The position numbers and the translations under genes are program-made. From Welwitschia mirabilis (taxonomy: Eukaryota): a DNA stretch of 64,000 nt. The stretch is taken from contig JBOZIK010000001.1 of assembly GCA_051453625.1 (NCBI GenBank), positions 30,392,454 through 30,456,453 of the forward strand, given 5' to 3'. This document shows, piece by piece, positions 1 to 14,157 of this stretch. A model generated the notes under the pieces. The model made no database searches, was not told the DNA's origin, and saw nothing but the letters and a program-made list of their open reading frames with translations. Within the stretch, counting starts at the first letter, position 1, and every line of letters starts with the position of its first letter.

Positions 1-40
<40 letters not shown>
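1..40. repeat. (GA)n microsatellite
   Basis: Perfect GA dinucleotide run at the window start. Confidence 0.98.
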
Positions 41-43
<3 letters not shown>

Positions 44-1889
44 ATCAAACTTATAGAAACTGAGATTACAAAACAAAAAATGCCTGCCATTTCAAAACTC
101 AAAAATAGTCCATGGTGACAGTTTCTTTATCATTATATTACAATTGATGAAAATATGAAATGAAACTTATAGAGCTTTAGGAGAGTCCACAGTAAGACTC
201 TATGGTCATATTGTGTGAAAAACCAGAGAGCCAATGCTAGTTGCCCAAGACAAAATGTATTAAATCTTTGAAGTAAAAATAAAAGGATACATTAGTGTAT
301 CTGGGATCCAAGAATAGACCTTAATAGTAATGACTGAATCTCTAGAGAAAAGTCTTTATAACTTGGTTAGAAATACATTCACAATAGGAAGAATGCATTT
401 AAGAATTGAAAGAACATTCGTCTCCTTGTTTATCTCATAACTTGATTAATCTACATCATCTTCAACAATTTCCTTTATTATTGATAAAATACTAGAAGTA
501 TTAGAAACTATATCTGTATTGGTATAATGCTTCTTGCATTTTCAAAAATAGATGTATCTAGATAGAAGACATATTCTCTTGTCAATGTCTTAAGAAAAAA
601 CTGTAAGTTGTGTTGTGTCTAGAAACTGAGAGTCTCTCACCTTTGTAAAATTATCTTGTAGAAGAAAATCACTGCAAGATATGCAAGGGCTAAATAAAAC
701 ACAAAGCACACTAGATTGCAACAAATAATTATTTAAATTCAGGCATTAGAGTGCTAAAAAAAGCTATGTTTCAAAGAGAAAGAAACTGGTTGAGGACCTA
801 AAACCCAAATCCTAGGTAAATGATGATGATAAAATGCAAAAGGCTTCATTTCAAATAGCAAGGCTAATTTTGAAGTATCCTTCCATATTATTAAATCCCT
901 TGAAAAAGAAAAGGAAACTCTAATTATCTATACTAGTAAATTAAAGAACAATAAATTCATCCTCTAGAAAATCTGATCCTAATTGCAGTAAGCATTAGAA
1001 GACAACTTGGAGGCTTAAAGCTAAGCCAAACAAGAAAAACCTAGTGGCATGTAAAGGGAGAAAGTCTAACTATAAACATTAGATTGAAGGTAGGACTTGG
1101 CACTACCCTCTTCTATTAACTACAACGATGCACATCATCTAGCTGCACTTATACGAGAGTTGAACCATCTGAGCAGGGCCTAGAAATAATTCTAAAGCCA
1201 TTGAACAAATCAGAAAAGAACACAAAGTACACCTAGTGGAATTCCGAATAGCCATCAAGTGAGAAAGTTATAGAAGATTAACTGTGTTGAGATGCTATGT
1301 AATATATCTAGAGCTAAATATCCAAACATCTTGTGTCTATACGTAACAATAATACAAAGGGTAGAGGAATGAACTTTACTTAAATAAGTTACAGTGCCTA
1401 AAGCCATGTACAAAATGACCACTACTTTTTCTCCCTCTGTTCACTAAGTAAGATACTTTAACCCCATTATTACTTTTCTTTACCCTGCTTTTTTGCTTCC
1501 TTGTAGACTAATCAATGAACCCAATTGACAAGAAATATTTACGTACTCTTGCCTATGTGGTCAGAAAATTCCTGTGCACTAAAATTATTAAAAGTCAGCA
1601 ACTCTAGTGCTACCTTCCCTCATGAGTTATTGTGGGCACAGGTTTTCTAGGATCAGTGGGTTACTTAAACGAATATGTCCATGAGGCACTCATATTTTCC
1701 TTCAAACAAATAGTTATCTCCTTTCTTTCTCATCAAACTTGTAGTGACCTTGTGATTAGTATTAGGGTTTCAAGCTCTTCTGCATCATAAAAATGAAAGG
1801 CAAAACACAAAAAATGGAACGTGCGAATGATTAACAGGAATTAAGGTAAAATAGCAAAGATGAAATTTAAGTCATTTTTTTATGTTATC

Positions 1890-2110
1890 TTTTAAGATGT
1901 TTATCAAAATAAATTCCTTAAAAACATTTCCCTCTTTTTTTAAAATAAATGTAGCTTTTTTAAGGCATTTATTTAAATAAATGCCTTTAAACGCATTTCC
2001 AGAAAGCTTTCAAGATGTTTGAGTAAACAAATGCCTTAAAAAGTTTCCTCATGATTCATTTAAGGTGTTTATCAAAATAAACACCTTAAAATCTCGCATT
2101 TCTAGTAGTG
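1890..2110. mobile_element. Terminus of a CACTA (En/Spm) DNA transposon with subterminal repeats
   Basis: TTTCTAGTAGTG at 2099-2110 is the reverse complement of CACTACTAGAAA. It is preceded by about four imperfect palindromic units (e.g. taaggtgtttatcaaaataaacacctta, taaggcatttatttaaataaatgcctt). Homology to the Athila 5' region begins immediately after 2110. Confidence 0.85.
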
Positions 2111-2564
2111 GTTTTTTGAATTGAAGTTTATTTCTCTATGTCACAAGGTTTTTGTTTTAAATTTTCTATTAAATTTTTAGGTTTTTAATTCCATCGTCTC
2201 CCTTTGTCGTCCAGACGACTAGGTAGACGACTGTCTAATTTCTAGATCTTTTCTATTAGAAAATCAGTTTTTCATTTTTGTTTTCTACTTTTCATTTTCT
2301 TGTGATTTTTGTGTTTCTGTCATTTAAGTTATTATCTAGATGATGAAAGAGACAACACTTTTATAGATTTAAAACTTAGTATAAATGATTAAGTCTGGAT
2401 AAAAAAAAAAAAAAACACTAGAGAGAACAACTGTTGATTGCTAAAAACATCAGAAAAGGTTTGATAAATCTTAAAATATAAATAGGTTAAAATAGTGAAG
2501 ATACACAAGATTTTGAATTTCCTACAATTTTTATTTTATTTCTGCAGAGTCTGATTTTACTATC

Positions 2565-5500
2565 ATGTCAACCTCAGAACAAGATCGTAAATAATCTATC
2601 TCTCCAAATCCACCCCCTGTCATTATAACCCTTACTTCTACTTCTTCTCAACCCAATACTCATGTTACCTTGAGAGATCTTATAGCAAATAAAAAACATT
2701 AAATCCAAGCTCTTTTCAACTTATCTCATGGTAATGATGTAAAAATTTAAAACTTGAATGCTTATCCTACCTTTAGTGGAGAACTTGATGAAGATCCTTT
2801 ATGACACATCGTCGACATTGAATAACTTGTCCTTATTTTTAGAAACGATAAGAAATGAATAAGTGATAAAACCTACATGGTTATCTTTCCCATTACCTTA
2901 AGAGATAAAGCAAAACTTTGGCTTATAACTATTCCTTATAAAGGCCTCAAATATTGGAGTCAAGTTTAAGAATCCTTCATAAAGGGATTCATGAGTGAAA
3001 CCATCATCTAGAAATGTAAGAAAGAAGTCACAAACTTCTAACAGTTACCTAACGAAGACTATGCCATTGCCTATGAGCACTTCTTTATTGCTTTACATTC
3101 AAACCCCATATATGCCTTTTTAGAAGTAGAGTTAGTTAACTATTTTTACAGTGGATTGAACAATCATACCAAGAAACACATAGATTTTTCTTATGGAGGC
3201 AATCTATAAAACCAAACTCTAAAAGATTCTTGAAAGGTATTGGAAGATTTAGTGGAAGTAAGTCAAACTTGGCCTAAACCCTTACTTAGATAAAATCAAA
3301 CAGTAGGCCAAATTATTAAGAACATAAAAGAAGTTAAACATAAGAAGAATAAAACCAAAATAGAAAATGAACCAACTAGCATCATTAAGGATTTCACTTC
3401 TACCTTAGAGAAACACACATAGATGATTCTTGATGCTAAAGTGACAATCAAGAAGAGTGAATTTTTTGTTCCAACATGTGANNNNNNNNNNNNNNNNNNN
3501 NNNNNNNNNNNNNNNNNNNNNNNACTTCCTACCTACAAAGAGAAAATCTATGAGGAAGTTTGTGCCTTTAACCCAAGACCTTTCAAATACATTCAAAACC
3601 AGAACCAAAGACAAGTCCAAAATCACAACTTTCAACATAGGATGAGTGAGAAACCAAACCCTACAAATCTTTAAACTCATCATCCTGAGTTTCAACCTTT
3701 CAGAAATAGATTTAAGCAGTTAAACTTTCAATCCAATAACCCAAACAACTTNNNNNNNNNNNNNNNNNNNNNNNNNNNNNNNNNNNNNNNNNNNNNNNNN
3801 NNNNNNNNNNNNNNNNNNNNNNNNNNNNNNNNNNNNNNNNNNNNNNNNNNNAATTAAGCAATTAAATTTGAGATATTTTCAAACATTTCATCTTAATTTT
3901 TAGCCTTTCAAAAATATATTTGAACATCCAAACTTTTAACCTAACCATCCAAATAACTTGGCAAGCCCTTCTAACTCCCAAAAACATAGTGATCCTCTTA
4001 GGAATTCCATTGAGGAGTTGAAAAAAACTCAAGAAAAGACAAATGCAAACATTAAAAATATTGTAAGTATCTTACAACAAACTATGCTTGCCAATCAAAG
4101 ACCATAAGGGACCCTTTTCATTCAACCTTTACTGAACTCTAACACAGTGTAAAAAGATTATAAAGTAATAACTAGAAGTGGAAATGAGACAACGCCCTCT
4201 ACCCATGAGGCTTTAACTTCCCAAAATGATAAAAATGATAAGGAAGAGGACATAGAAATCTTAGAAAACCATTCTTTACCTTCTTCACTTAGCAACAAAA
4301 AAAAAAGATCCATTACAAAAGAAACCTACTACCCCATGGCTTGATAGGCTTAACACAAATCCCATCTTTGATGATCATTTGAAAGCCTTAATGCAAAATG
4401 TAAGAATAAACTTGCCTTTTTGGAAACTTTTACAAGAAAATCCAAGATACTCCAAGCTATGCAAAGACTTAATAAGAAGAAAACAAAAACAAACCATCCC
4501 TTGTAAGCTCTTTCTAGCTCAATTTGTTAGCAACTTGGTATACCAAAAATATTTAAAGTTTAAAGATCTAGGGGTGGTAACCATAAGTGTCACTTTAGAA
4601 GGAAACCATAAAATTTAGAAAGCTTTGATTGACATAAGAGCTAGTATCAACATTATGCGTTTGACATTTGTTAACATCTTAATTTGAAAGAAAGAGTAGA
4701 GCCTATATGCATTGTCTTGGAGTTAGCCGATACATTCGTGAAGAAACCATTAGGTATGATCAAGGACTTGGTCATTTAGATTGAGAAAGCTTTCTATCCC
4801 ATTGATGTAGTTATTTTAGAAGTTGAGCACCATGGTGTATATCCCCTACTTCTAGATAAATCTTTCTGTGCAATATCACATTGCATAATATATATAAGCA
4901 CGAGATTGATGAAGTACCATTTTGGGAATAAATAGTTTTCAATAAGTGTATTTGATGTAGTCAAGAAAGATTTAGGCAATGATTTGAATGTGGAGGAAGA
5001 AATAAAATCAACCCTGTTTTTACAACACCATCTACTTGAGGAAAGATGGTTCATGTTTCCTGAGCTAACCTTGTTTGATAATAAATCGAAAGTAAACTAC
5101 CTTTATATGACTNNNNNNNNNNNNNNNNNNNNNNNNNNNNNNNNNNNNNNNNNNNNNNNNNNNNNNNNNNNNNNNNNNNNNNNNNNNNNNNNNNNNNNNN
5201 NNNNNNNNNNNNNNNNNNNNNNNNNNNNNNNNNNNNNNNNNNNNNNNNNNNNNNNNNNNNNNNNNNNNNNNNNNNNNNNNNNNNNNNNNNNNNNNNNNNN
5301 NNNNNNNNNNNNNNNNNNNNNNNNNNNNNNAGATAGTGGACTGAAGTACATTTTTCAGAATAAAGATCTAAATAAACCATTGATTATCAAAAAAATCTTT
5401 TACCTTAACAAGAATCCAATCTCTTCTCCCTTTTAGAATTAAAGGTTCATGCATTTGCTTGGTCCCATAATGATCTGTCAGCCATATCCACTTCTATTGT

Positions 5501-8500
5501 ACAACATAAAATCTACCTTAAAGAAAATGCTAAACCTGTGAGGTAACCCCAACATAGACTCAATCTAGCCCTAAAGTAAATTGTAAAAGANNNNNNNNNN
5601 NNNNNNNNNNNNNNNNNNNNNNNNNNNNNNNNNNNNNNNNNNNNNNNNNNNNNNNNNNNNNNNNNNNNNNNNNNNNNNNNNNNNNNNNNNNNNNNNNNNN
5701 NNNNNNNNNNNNNNNNNNNNNNNNNNNNNNNNNNNNNNNNNNNNNNNNNNNNNNNNNNNNNNNNNNNNNNNNNNNNNNNNNNNNNNNNNNNNNNNNNNNN
5801 NNNNNNNNNNNNNNNNNNNNNNNNNNNNNNNNNNNNNNNNNNNNNNNNNNNNNNNNNNNNNNNNNNNNNNNNNNNNNNNNNNNNNNNNNNNNNNNNNNNN
5901 NNNNNNNNNNNNNNNNNNNNNNNNNNNNNNNNNNNNNNNNNNNNNNNNNNNNNNNNNNNNNNNNNNNNNNNNNNNNNNNNNNNNNNNNNNNNNNNNNNNN
6001 NNNNNNNNNNNNNNNNNNNNNNNNNNNNNNNNNNNNNNNNNNNNNNNNNNNNNNNNNNNNNNNNNNNNNNNNNNNNNNNNNNNNNNNNNNNNNNNNNNNN
6101 NNNNNNNNNNNNNNNNNNNNNNNNNNNNNNNNNNNNNNNNNNNNNNNNNNNNNACTATATTTTGCCTTTTCTCAATCAAATTCTTGAAAGGATTCAGTGT
6201 CATGCTTTTTACTATTTCCTTGATGTTTATAATGGTTACAATCAGGTTTGCATTATCACTAAGGACTAAGATAAGACTACTTTCACTTCTTCTTTTGGTA
6301 ACTTTTCCTTTAGAAGCATGCCTTTCATACTTTTTAATGCTCCTGTTACTTTTTAGCATGCTATGATGGGTATCTTTTTTGATATGCTTGAGCATTCCAT
6401 TAATATTTTCATGGACGAATCATCTATCTACACTGAAACTTTTGAACATCTCTACTTAAGTTGGGAAAAGAGTCATTTTCTTATAGAGAATGGCATTGTT
6501 TTAGGTCATCATATTTCTCAGGAGGGGATTAAGATGGATGCTTCTAAAGTTGGTATTATTAAAAATCTTAGTCCTCTACAAATGTTAAACAAGTTTGATC
6601 TTTTCTTGGTCATTGTGGTTTTTACCATTATTTCATTCATTATTATGCTTCTATTTATAAATCCTTTCACTTGTTACTAGAGAAAGATGTCAAATTCAAA
6701 TGGAATGCATCTTGTTAACTTCTTTTTGATAGGCTTAAATGTAGATTATCGTATTCTTCTATAGTAATGGGATGGGTACTTGACTTTGAGCTTATATGTG
6801 ATTCTGGTAACTTTAATGTGGATGGGATTCTTTGCCAAAAGTATGAGAATGATTTTGAAGTCATATCTTATCATAGAAAATTATTTTCTATAGCTCAGAT
6901 GAATTACACCACTATAAAAAAAGAGATGCCTAACATTATCTTTTACCTTAATTCTCTTAAACACTATTTTTAGGCTTTCACATGAACTTTTATACCAACC
7001 ATGCTGTCATTCGTTACCTCATGACAAAGAAAGATTCTAGTATCCGTTTGATTAGATGGATCCTTCTTATGCAAGAGTTCAATTTGACCATCATAGATAA
7101 AGCAGGGAAACACAATTATATAGCTGATCATTTGTCTCGACTTCATTCTCCTCCATATGACATTCTCATTGATGATTCTTTTCTCAATGAGCAGCTTTTT
7201 GCTATTTCTTCTTCTCATCCTCCTTCATGGTATGCCAACATTGTGAACTATTTTGTAACCATGAAAACACCACAACATTGGACCTATTACTAATGTAAAT
7301 ATTTTCTCCATTATATAAGTGACTATGTGTGAATCAATCCACATTTGTACCATAGGTGCAAAGACCAAATTATGAGACAATGTGTGCCCGATTGGGAAAT
7401 ACCTCAGATTCTTCATCTTTGTTATAGTGGTGTTTGTGGAGGACATTTTAGTGGAAATAAAAATGCCATGAAAATCCTTCATTCTGACTTTTACTGCCCT
7501 TCTCTTCCTCGTGATTCATTTGATTTTGTTAAAAGGTATGATCCTTATCAGTGTTTTGGTAGCCTTATTTGTTCACACGAAATACTCCTTAGATCTATTC
7601 TTGAGTGTGAGCCTTTTAATTTTTGGAGTATTGATTTCATGGGCCCTATTCACCCACTTTCTTTTAATAAAAATTATATTTTAATGGCTTTTGATTACGT
7701 AACTAAATGAATTAAAGCCATACCTATTTCTCTAAATGATTCCCGAATTGTCTATTACCTACTTAGATATCATATCTTTCAGAAATTTGTTTTTTTGATA
7801 GTTATCATTAGTGATCAGAGTACTTATTTCATTAATTCACTTTTTAAGAAACCTCTTTTATCTATTGGTATTAAACATAGACTAGCTTGTGCTTATCATT
7901 CTTAGATGAATGGACAAGCTAAAAATGCTAACAAAGAAATAAAGAAAATGCTTCAAAAACTTGTCTTTGTTAATAAAATATCTTGGGCTTATAATCTTAA
8001 TGACTTACTTTGAGCCTACCGTACTACTTGATATACTTCTCTTGGTTTCTCACCTTATGAACTTGTTTATGATAAAGTTTTTGTCATACTAGTTGATGCG
8101 TATTACAATTCTTATCATACATCTCATTAACTAAACCTTATAGATTATGATAAAAATCTTAAGTATAGGTTAGCTCAATTAGATCATCTTAATGAAAAAA
8201 GAACTAGTGTCATACATGCTCATTAATTTATAAAACCCTAGCAAATTTTAAACATAATAAAAGGATTTTTCATAAAAAGTTTAAAATTGGTCAACTTATC
8301 TTATTGTATAACACTAGAGTTCACCTTTTGAATAACAAGTTGACCTCTAAATGGTTAGATCCTTATCTTGTACAAAAAGTGCATTTTAATGTCNNNNNNN
8401 NNNNNNNNNNNNNNNNNNNNNNNNNNNNNNNNNNNNNNNNNNNNNNNNNNNNNNNNNNNNNNNNNNNNNNNNNNNNNNNNNNNNNNNNNNNNNNNNNNNN

Positions 8501-9100
8501 NNNNNNNNNNNNNNNNNNNNNNNNNNNNNNNNNNNNNNNNNNNNNNNNNNNNNNNNNNNNNNNNNNNNNNNNNNNNNNNNNNNNNNNNNNNNNNNNNNNN
8601 NNNNNNNNNNNNNNNNNNNNNNNNNNNNNNNNNNNNNNNNNNNNNNNNNNNNNNNNNNNNNNNNNNNNNNNNNNNNNNNNNNNNNNNNNNNNNNNNNNNN
8701 NNNNNNNNNNNNNNNNNNNNNNNNNNNNNNNNNNNNNNNNNNNNNNNNNNNNNNNNNNNNNNNNNNNNNNNNNNNNNNNNNNNNNNNNNNNNNNNNNNNN
8801 NNNNNNNNNNNNNNNNNNNNNNNNNNNNNNNNNNNNNNNNNNNNNNNNNNNNNNNNNNNNNNNNNNNNNNNNNNNNNNNNNNNNNNNNNNNNNNNNNNNN
8901 NNNNNNNNNNNNNNNNNNNNNNNNNAAATTTTAATAGCTCAATTAAAATTTTAGATTTGAAAAATAAAGAGATTCAGAAGATTAATGGGTAATGGTTGAA
9001 ATTATATGAGGGATCTTTAGATGCAACTATAAACATGATAGAAGCACTTGTTATGGAGGTTTCCCTCAGTAAGGAGGACTTCCTTTCTATCATTGTTTAA
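2565..9100 (+). pseudogene. Degenerate Athila gag-pol, copy 1
   Basis: Gag (FSGELDEDP, FPITLRDKAKLWL), protease region (KDLGVVTISV, ALIDIRAS), RT (IFMDE at ~6405), RNase H (LIRWILLMQEFNL), integrase (GGHFSG, FNFWSIDFMGP). Many stops, frameshifts and N gaps. Confidence 0.92.
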
Positions 9101-11299
9101 GTTCTTTTTTAGCCTACTCCTTTGGTTAAATATTATGATATTACATGATCATCTTTCAAATTTGACTTGTGTATTACTTGATGAAGTATCATGATTAGTT
9201 TTATACTTAGTCATTTATAGGTGGTAAGATTGGATTCACTCAATCTTGAAAAATTCCCATGTTTATGAACATTATTTAAAGGAAGATGCCTTAGTTTCTT
9301 GTGTTTTTTCCAATGGTGTTTAAATCTTATATTATTTGGGAGTGTTCTTTTCTATCTTTTATCTTGCTTATTGACCTTTGTCTTTTTTTGAGTGTGTGAT
9401 CATGTGAGAATTTTATTCAAAAAAAGAAAAAAATAAAAAAAAAGAGTGTAATAAAGACCATGATATTTTTGATTTGTACTATCTCAAAAACATGGTTAAC
9501 ATTATGTCCTACCACAAGTACACTGGGGCAAATATTTTCAAGAGGAGCCTTTGGTAGTATAATATGATAGCTGTGGTAACTGGCCATGCTTCACGGGTCC
9601 TTACTTCTCTGATGGTGATTCCACTCCTCTCATTATGATAAAAGAAATAAACACTTTGAGGTTAGAGATCAGTGATGTTCCTAGTGTCATCAGAGGTATT
9701 GTTTATTTCCTAGACTCTTAGTATTCCCACTTGATCATTTCACTTTTAGAAATTCTAGTGAGTTTGTGGAATGAAGGAGATGAGTTCATTTCTAAGTAAC
9801 TTTTAGTTTTGAAATTCATTATTCTACATAGTTGAAGCTTTGGATATCGTCATAACCATTGCCTTTTCAAATGAACTTTATAGAGTTAATACATTTTGTC
9901 ATGCATATTTACTTAGATTATGTTATGATGTTTTCCTTAGGATTTTGCTAGGTTAGTACTTAGGATAGGTAAACAATCTTCTTCTTATTCCTTGTATCCA
10001 TTTTCACTCTAGTTTTCTTTGGTTTTTGAGTCTACTGTTTTAAAGTTATTTTTACATGTTCTTATTTATTTTTAGAACCTTAATTATTTAGTAGTTTTCT
10101 TACTATTCAATCCTCATAAAACATTTTTTTTAGAAATGCCTTTTTATAATGAATTATTTCAAAGTCCATCTTTTCATAATCTTTATGAGTTCTCTTGTTG
10201 GTTATTGAGTTCTATGTTTCTCATGCTTTCATTTTTCTATATGGGCACATTCTTTCAGTCTTTATTACAGGTCTTCAACCTAGATATTATGTTTTCTTTA
10301 GCCATAGTTTTTTTTTCTTTTATGTATTTCTATCCCTTTTTCTTGGTTTTCCTAGTTTTTTATGTTTTCTGTGTGATTTTTGGGATTCTATCTTTTTCCT
10401 TTTTAGAACTGTCATTTCAACGATCCTATCTAAGGCTAACTTTCATGGATGATGTTTCTTTTTAAAAAAATCTTTTTGGTATTTCATCATCCACATTGTT
10501 GTCTAGATGACAGGTGATAAATGATAGCCTAATTTTTTTCTATCAGTCATCCTAGGGCTATCGTCTGAATAATGCAATCGGACGACAGTGCATTAAAACT
10601 ACGTTCCAAACTATTTTTCCTCATTTTCACTTATTTTCTCATTGTTTTCCTTTATTTTTCTAAGAGACGATGACCTCTCTATCTAGTACTCGCTGTTCAG
10701 GACTTGTCCTACCTGATTTCATTGCCAAATTCACAATATTTCTATAAATTTGAAAAAATAAGGTATGTTTTTCTTTCCTCATAGTTTTTTACTTTTTTCC
10801 CCTTTTTTAGGCTTTCGACATTTAGTTTTGATATATTGTTTAGTTTTTTATGCTCTTCATTTTGAAACTTACATATTTGAATTTCACTATGTATTCTTTG
10901 AGTTATGATCACTTTTATGTATTATGAGGTATTTTCATATTTTTACCTTTAGCACTTGTTTTCTTGCACATCATAATTTGAATTGTAGTGGGTCTTTAGG
11001 CAAAATTGATTAGTGTGATGTGCTCTATGATTTACTAGCTTAGATTTTTTATTTGAATACTTCAATTTTTTACTTCTTATAGGACCCACTACATACACAG
11101 TTTTCAGACTTTTTCCATTTTTCTCTCATGATTAGGTAATTTGGGATGCATTGCATCTTTTAGAGTAGGGGTCGGGACATATTTTCAGTATTTTTGATAA
11201 ATTTTCATCAATTTTAGGGGTCGTTATTGTGCATCCATGCGATGTTTTCAACTTGTTTATTTATTTTTATATGACGCATTTATGTTTGCAATTAAGTAG

Positions 11300-12546
11300 G
11301 CCACATACATGTAGAGCTAGACAGGCAGAGGTTTTAGCTGAACTTGTAGAATAGGAGGCAGGCCCTTTGATCAATCTTAAGATACAACATGCAGAGCCCA
11401 TACATGTGCTACCTTAACACAGATGATCCTTGAGCATATAGATAGCTAGCATTCAGGTCGAGAGATACTTTAGAGATTTCATAAGCCACATAGAGCCAGA
11501 GGTTGATCAGATATTGACAGAATTATGGCTTAGATGGATAACATATGCACATGATGCATATTATGCTTCTGATATAAGAGAGTTCTATGATACTATGCAT
11601 ATAGAGAGGTGACCAGACACTCACGGTCAACTATAGGATATGATTGTTACATACATTTGATACCATGAGATAGCTATCCTTCCATCTCACATTACAGTCC
11701 TCACAGATCTTAGAGGACTTGGGAGCTTGCATAGTCATTCAGCTGGTGGGATAGAGGAGCGTCGAGCTTATGGTATTATTTTAGACATTCTATCTGATTT
11801 GACCACTAATCGATGGGGAACAAATGTTACCCAGCTGACCCTAACATGCAGAGTTTTGTACAAAGAACTGATTCATAACATCATTCCATCATACCATGAT
11901 AGTCATGCTATAGTCATGCATTTACACATTCTGACAACTATTTTTTAAGGGAAGCAAATGAATTTATCGACCTTTATCTGGAGAAGACTTAGGTCTATGA
12001 TCGAGACATGACATATACAGACACTTGGTTATCCATACCTCCTCTCAGATTTATTCAGACGATTTGGGATATCAAAGCCCATAGGTAAGCGATGTATCTC
12101 ATATATTCAGACTTCTACTCGCTATTTATAGGATATGAGTATACAAGTACTAGGAGAGGTAGAGAGACCTCAGGTACCAAGACCTACAGTTGGAGCTTTA
12201 TTAGAGCAGATCTAGGCCCGTATGGCTGATACTACCGAGATCCTCAAAGGTTTTGTTGATCAGAGGTTCCAGATCTTCGAGCAGAGACTTGAGTAGCGGA
12301 TCCTATCTATTGAAAGGAGAGTACAGCACACAAAGGATCAAATAGTGAATATGCGCCAGTGCATTATCTCCATTTAGCAGAGTATGACTATAGACATTCC
12401 AAAGTTGTATGTGTCCAGGGTGATGAGACAATCAGGTTTATTATAGCATCTTTTAATGTCCATCTCCTTGTAAATCTTGAGAATTCTTCTTCTTCTCTTC
12501 CTGCTCCTGAGCCAGTTATTGAACTAGAGTTCATCATGCATAGATG
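11300..12546 (+). pseudogene. Athila accessory ('env-like'/ORF2) plant-transposon protein, degenerate
   Basis: Higher-GC coding-like island between pol and PPT. Translation includes IREFYDTM, CRVLYKELIHNIIP, TLGYPYLLSDLFRRFGI and a coiled-coil-like C-terminus, with in-frame stops. Confidence 0.75.
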
Positions 12547-13063
12547 AAGGGAGAGATTTTACATTATATTTTATATATCTCCTTCTACACCTTTTTGTAC
12601 TAAATGCTCTCATTATTATATATACATATCATCTCTTTTTAGCATGATGTACTATTTCTATCTGACTTTTAGGTGATTGTCTTTTAAGTTTTATGATGAG
12701 GATTGCATTTTACTTAGGGTAAATCTTTATATTTAACTGTTTGTCATAGTGGAGGGCTATTTATCATGATTAATTAATTAAATGAAAAAATCAATTTTTG
12801 TTGTAGGTTCTAGTTTTAAAAACTCTTTGTAGAGCATGTCGTCCCTCTATCGTCTGGACGACGGTACCAGATGACCAATCTCTAATGCTTCATAAGTGTT
12901 TCTGTTCAGCGTTTTTAATTTTTCAAAAATCCAGTCTATCTCTGAAATATTCTTCAAATCTTTTTGAGATAATTTCTTTAGGTATCCTAGTTGTTTTTAT
13001 TGTCTAATAAGTCGGCTCATGAATGTGGTTTACTATCTGGTTTTGTTAGGGACTGTCAAAGCT

Positions 13064-13073
13064 AAGTGGGGGA
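13064..13073 (+). promoter_or_regulatory. Polypurine tract
   Basis: aagtggggga ends 3 nt before the LTR start. Confidence 0.8.
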
Positions 13074-13076
13074 CTA

Positions 13077-14136
13077 TGTTGTGCCGTTAACTTACACATA
13101 TTTGATAGGGTATTCTGAGTTGTTTTGCATGTAAATTGAGAAGTAAATGCTTGGTTTTCATGATAATGGAGAGCTAGGATGAAAAGCATTGAAATATGAA
13201 ACTTCGTTGATAAATTACAAGCATTCTGAGCAAATATGAATAATCTATATTTTGGATGATAAGTTTCTACAAATTACAAGACTAATGCACTGATTAAAGA
13301 TTTATTGAAGGTCATCATCCAAACGACTGTGTCAACTGGATGATAACTAAGGTCTGATTGGCAATCTAACTAGTAGCAGATGAGAATTTAACTATGAGAA
13401 GGCATCATCTCCTTTATTGTCTGGATGACCAGATAGATGACACTTCTTGTAACACTTGCACTAAATGTTCACCTAACTTTCATTACTTTCTGCATGGTGG
13501 TTAGGCCTTACTCATGCCTTTCTATCTATTATATTTTTTGTTTTGAGTCAATAAATAGAGGTCTCTCCTTTGACTCCTCCTTATCTTTATTTGCATTCAA
13601 CATACTCATGACAGGAGATCGAGGGGCTAGAGAACCATCTTGTAGTTTTAGAAAGATGTTTCCTTGGTATTGGGTGGTATTTCCTACATTGAGGTATGAC
13701 TACTTTATAATATAGATGTGGTGTGATTTTTAATGTAAACATTTCTTTTTATGCTCAATATATGAATGATCTTCTCCCTAATAGTTTATGTTGTTTGAGA
13801 TTTGGTGACAACTTCTCTTATGATATAGATTATGAGGGAAATCTTTGTCAAGGTTATTCTTGATTAGTTTTAGGTGCATTATTATTTTCTTTTCTAGATT
13901 AGCCTTACACAAGTGTGTTTTATTTTATTTTCATGCATTGCAACTTATTTTTATAGGTTAGGTTACAGTATTTATCATCTTAAAAGAAACTTTCTTATTT
14001 CCATCTTTTGACCTTCAACGGATTATGACATTTAGGTTACTCCCATCTATATTAGTGTGTTATGTTTGTGCATATTATTTGTGTTTAACAAGATTCTAAT
14101 CAAGACGTAAACGTTGTATAAATACACACCACAACA
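13077..14136 (+). repeat. LTR shared by Athila copies 1 and 2
   Basis: TGTTGTG...CACAACA 7-bp terminal inverted repeat, PPT before and PBS after; its 3' part recurs at 20188-20274. Confidence 0.9.
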
Positions 14137-14139
14137 TCT

Positions 14140-14157
14140 TAGCGCCATTACTAGGGA
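14140..14157 (+). promoter_or_regulatory. Primer binding site, tRNA-Asp type (decayed)
   Basis: tagcgccattactaggga differs from the Athila PBS tggcgccgttgccgggga only by G>A/C>T transitions. Confidence 0.8.

Larger units (their letters stand above)
2111..14136 (+). mobile_element. Athila-type Ty3/gypsy retrotransposon copy 1 (5' LTR not in view)
   Basis: 5' UTR, gag-PR-RT-RH-INT order, long 3' region with an accessory ORF, PPT and LTR. Confidence 0.9.

Noticed and set aside
10136-10465. Hydrophobic 109-aa ORF resembling a membrane protein
   Set aside because: By-product of T-rich Athila non-coding sequence.
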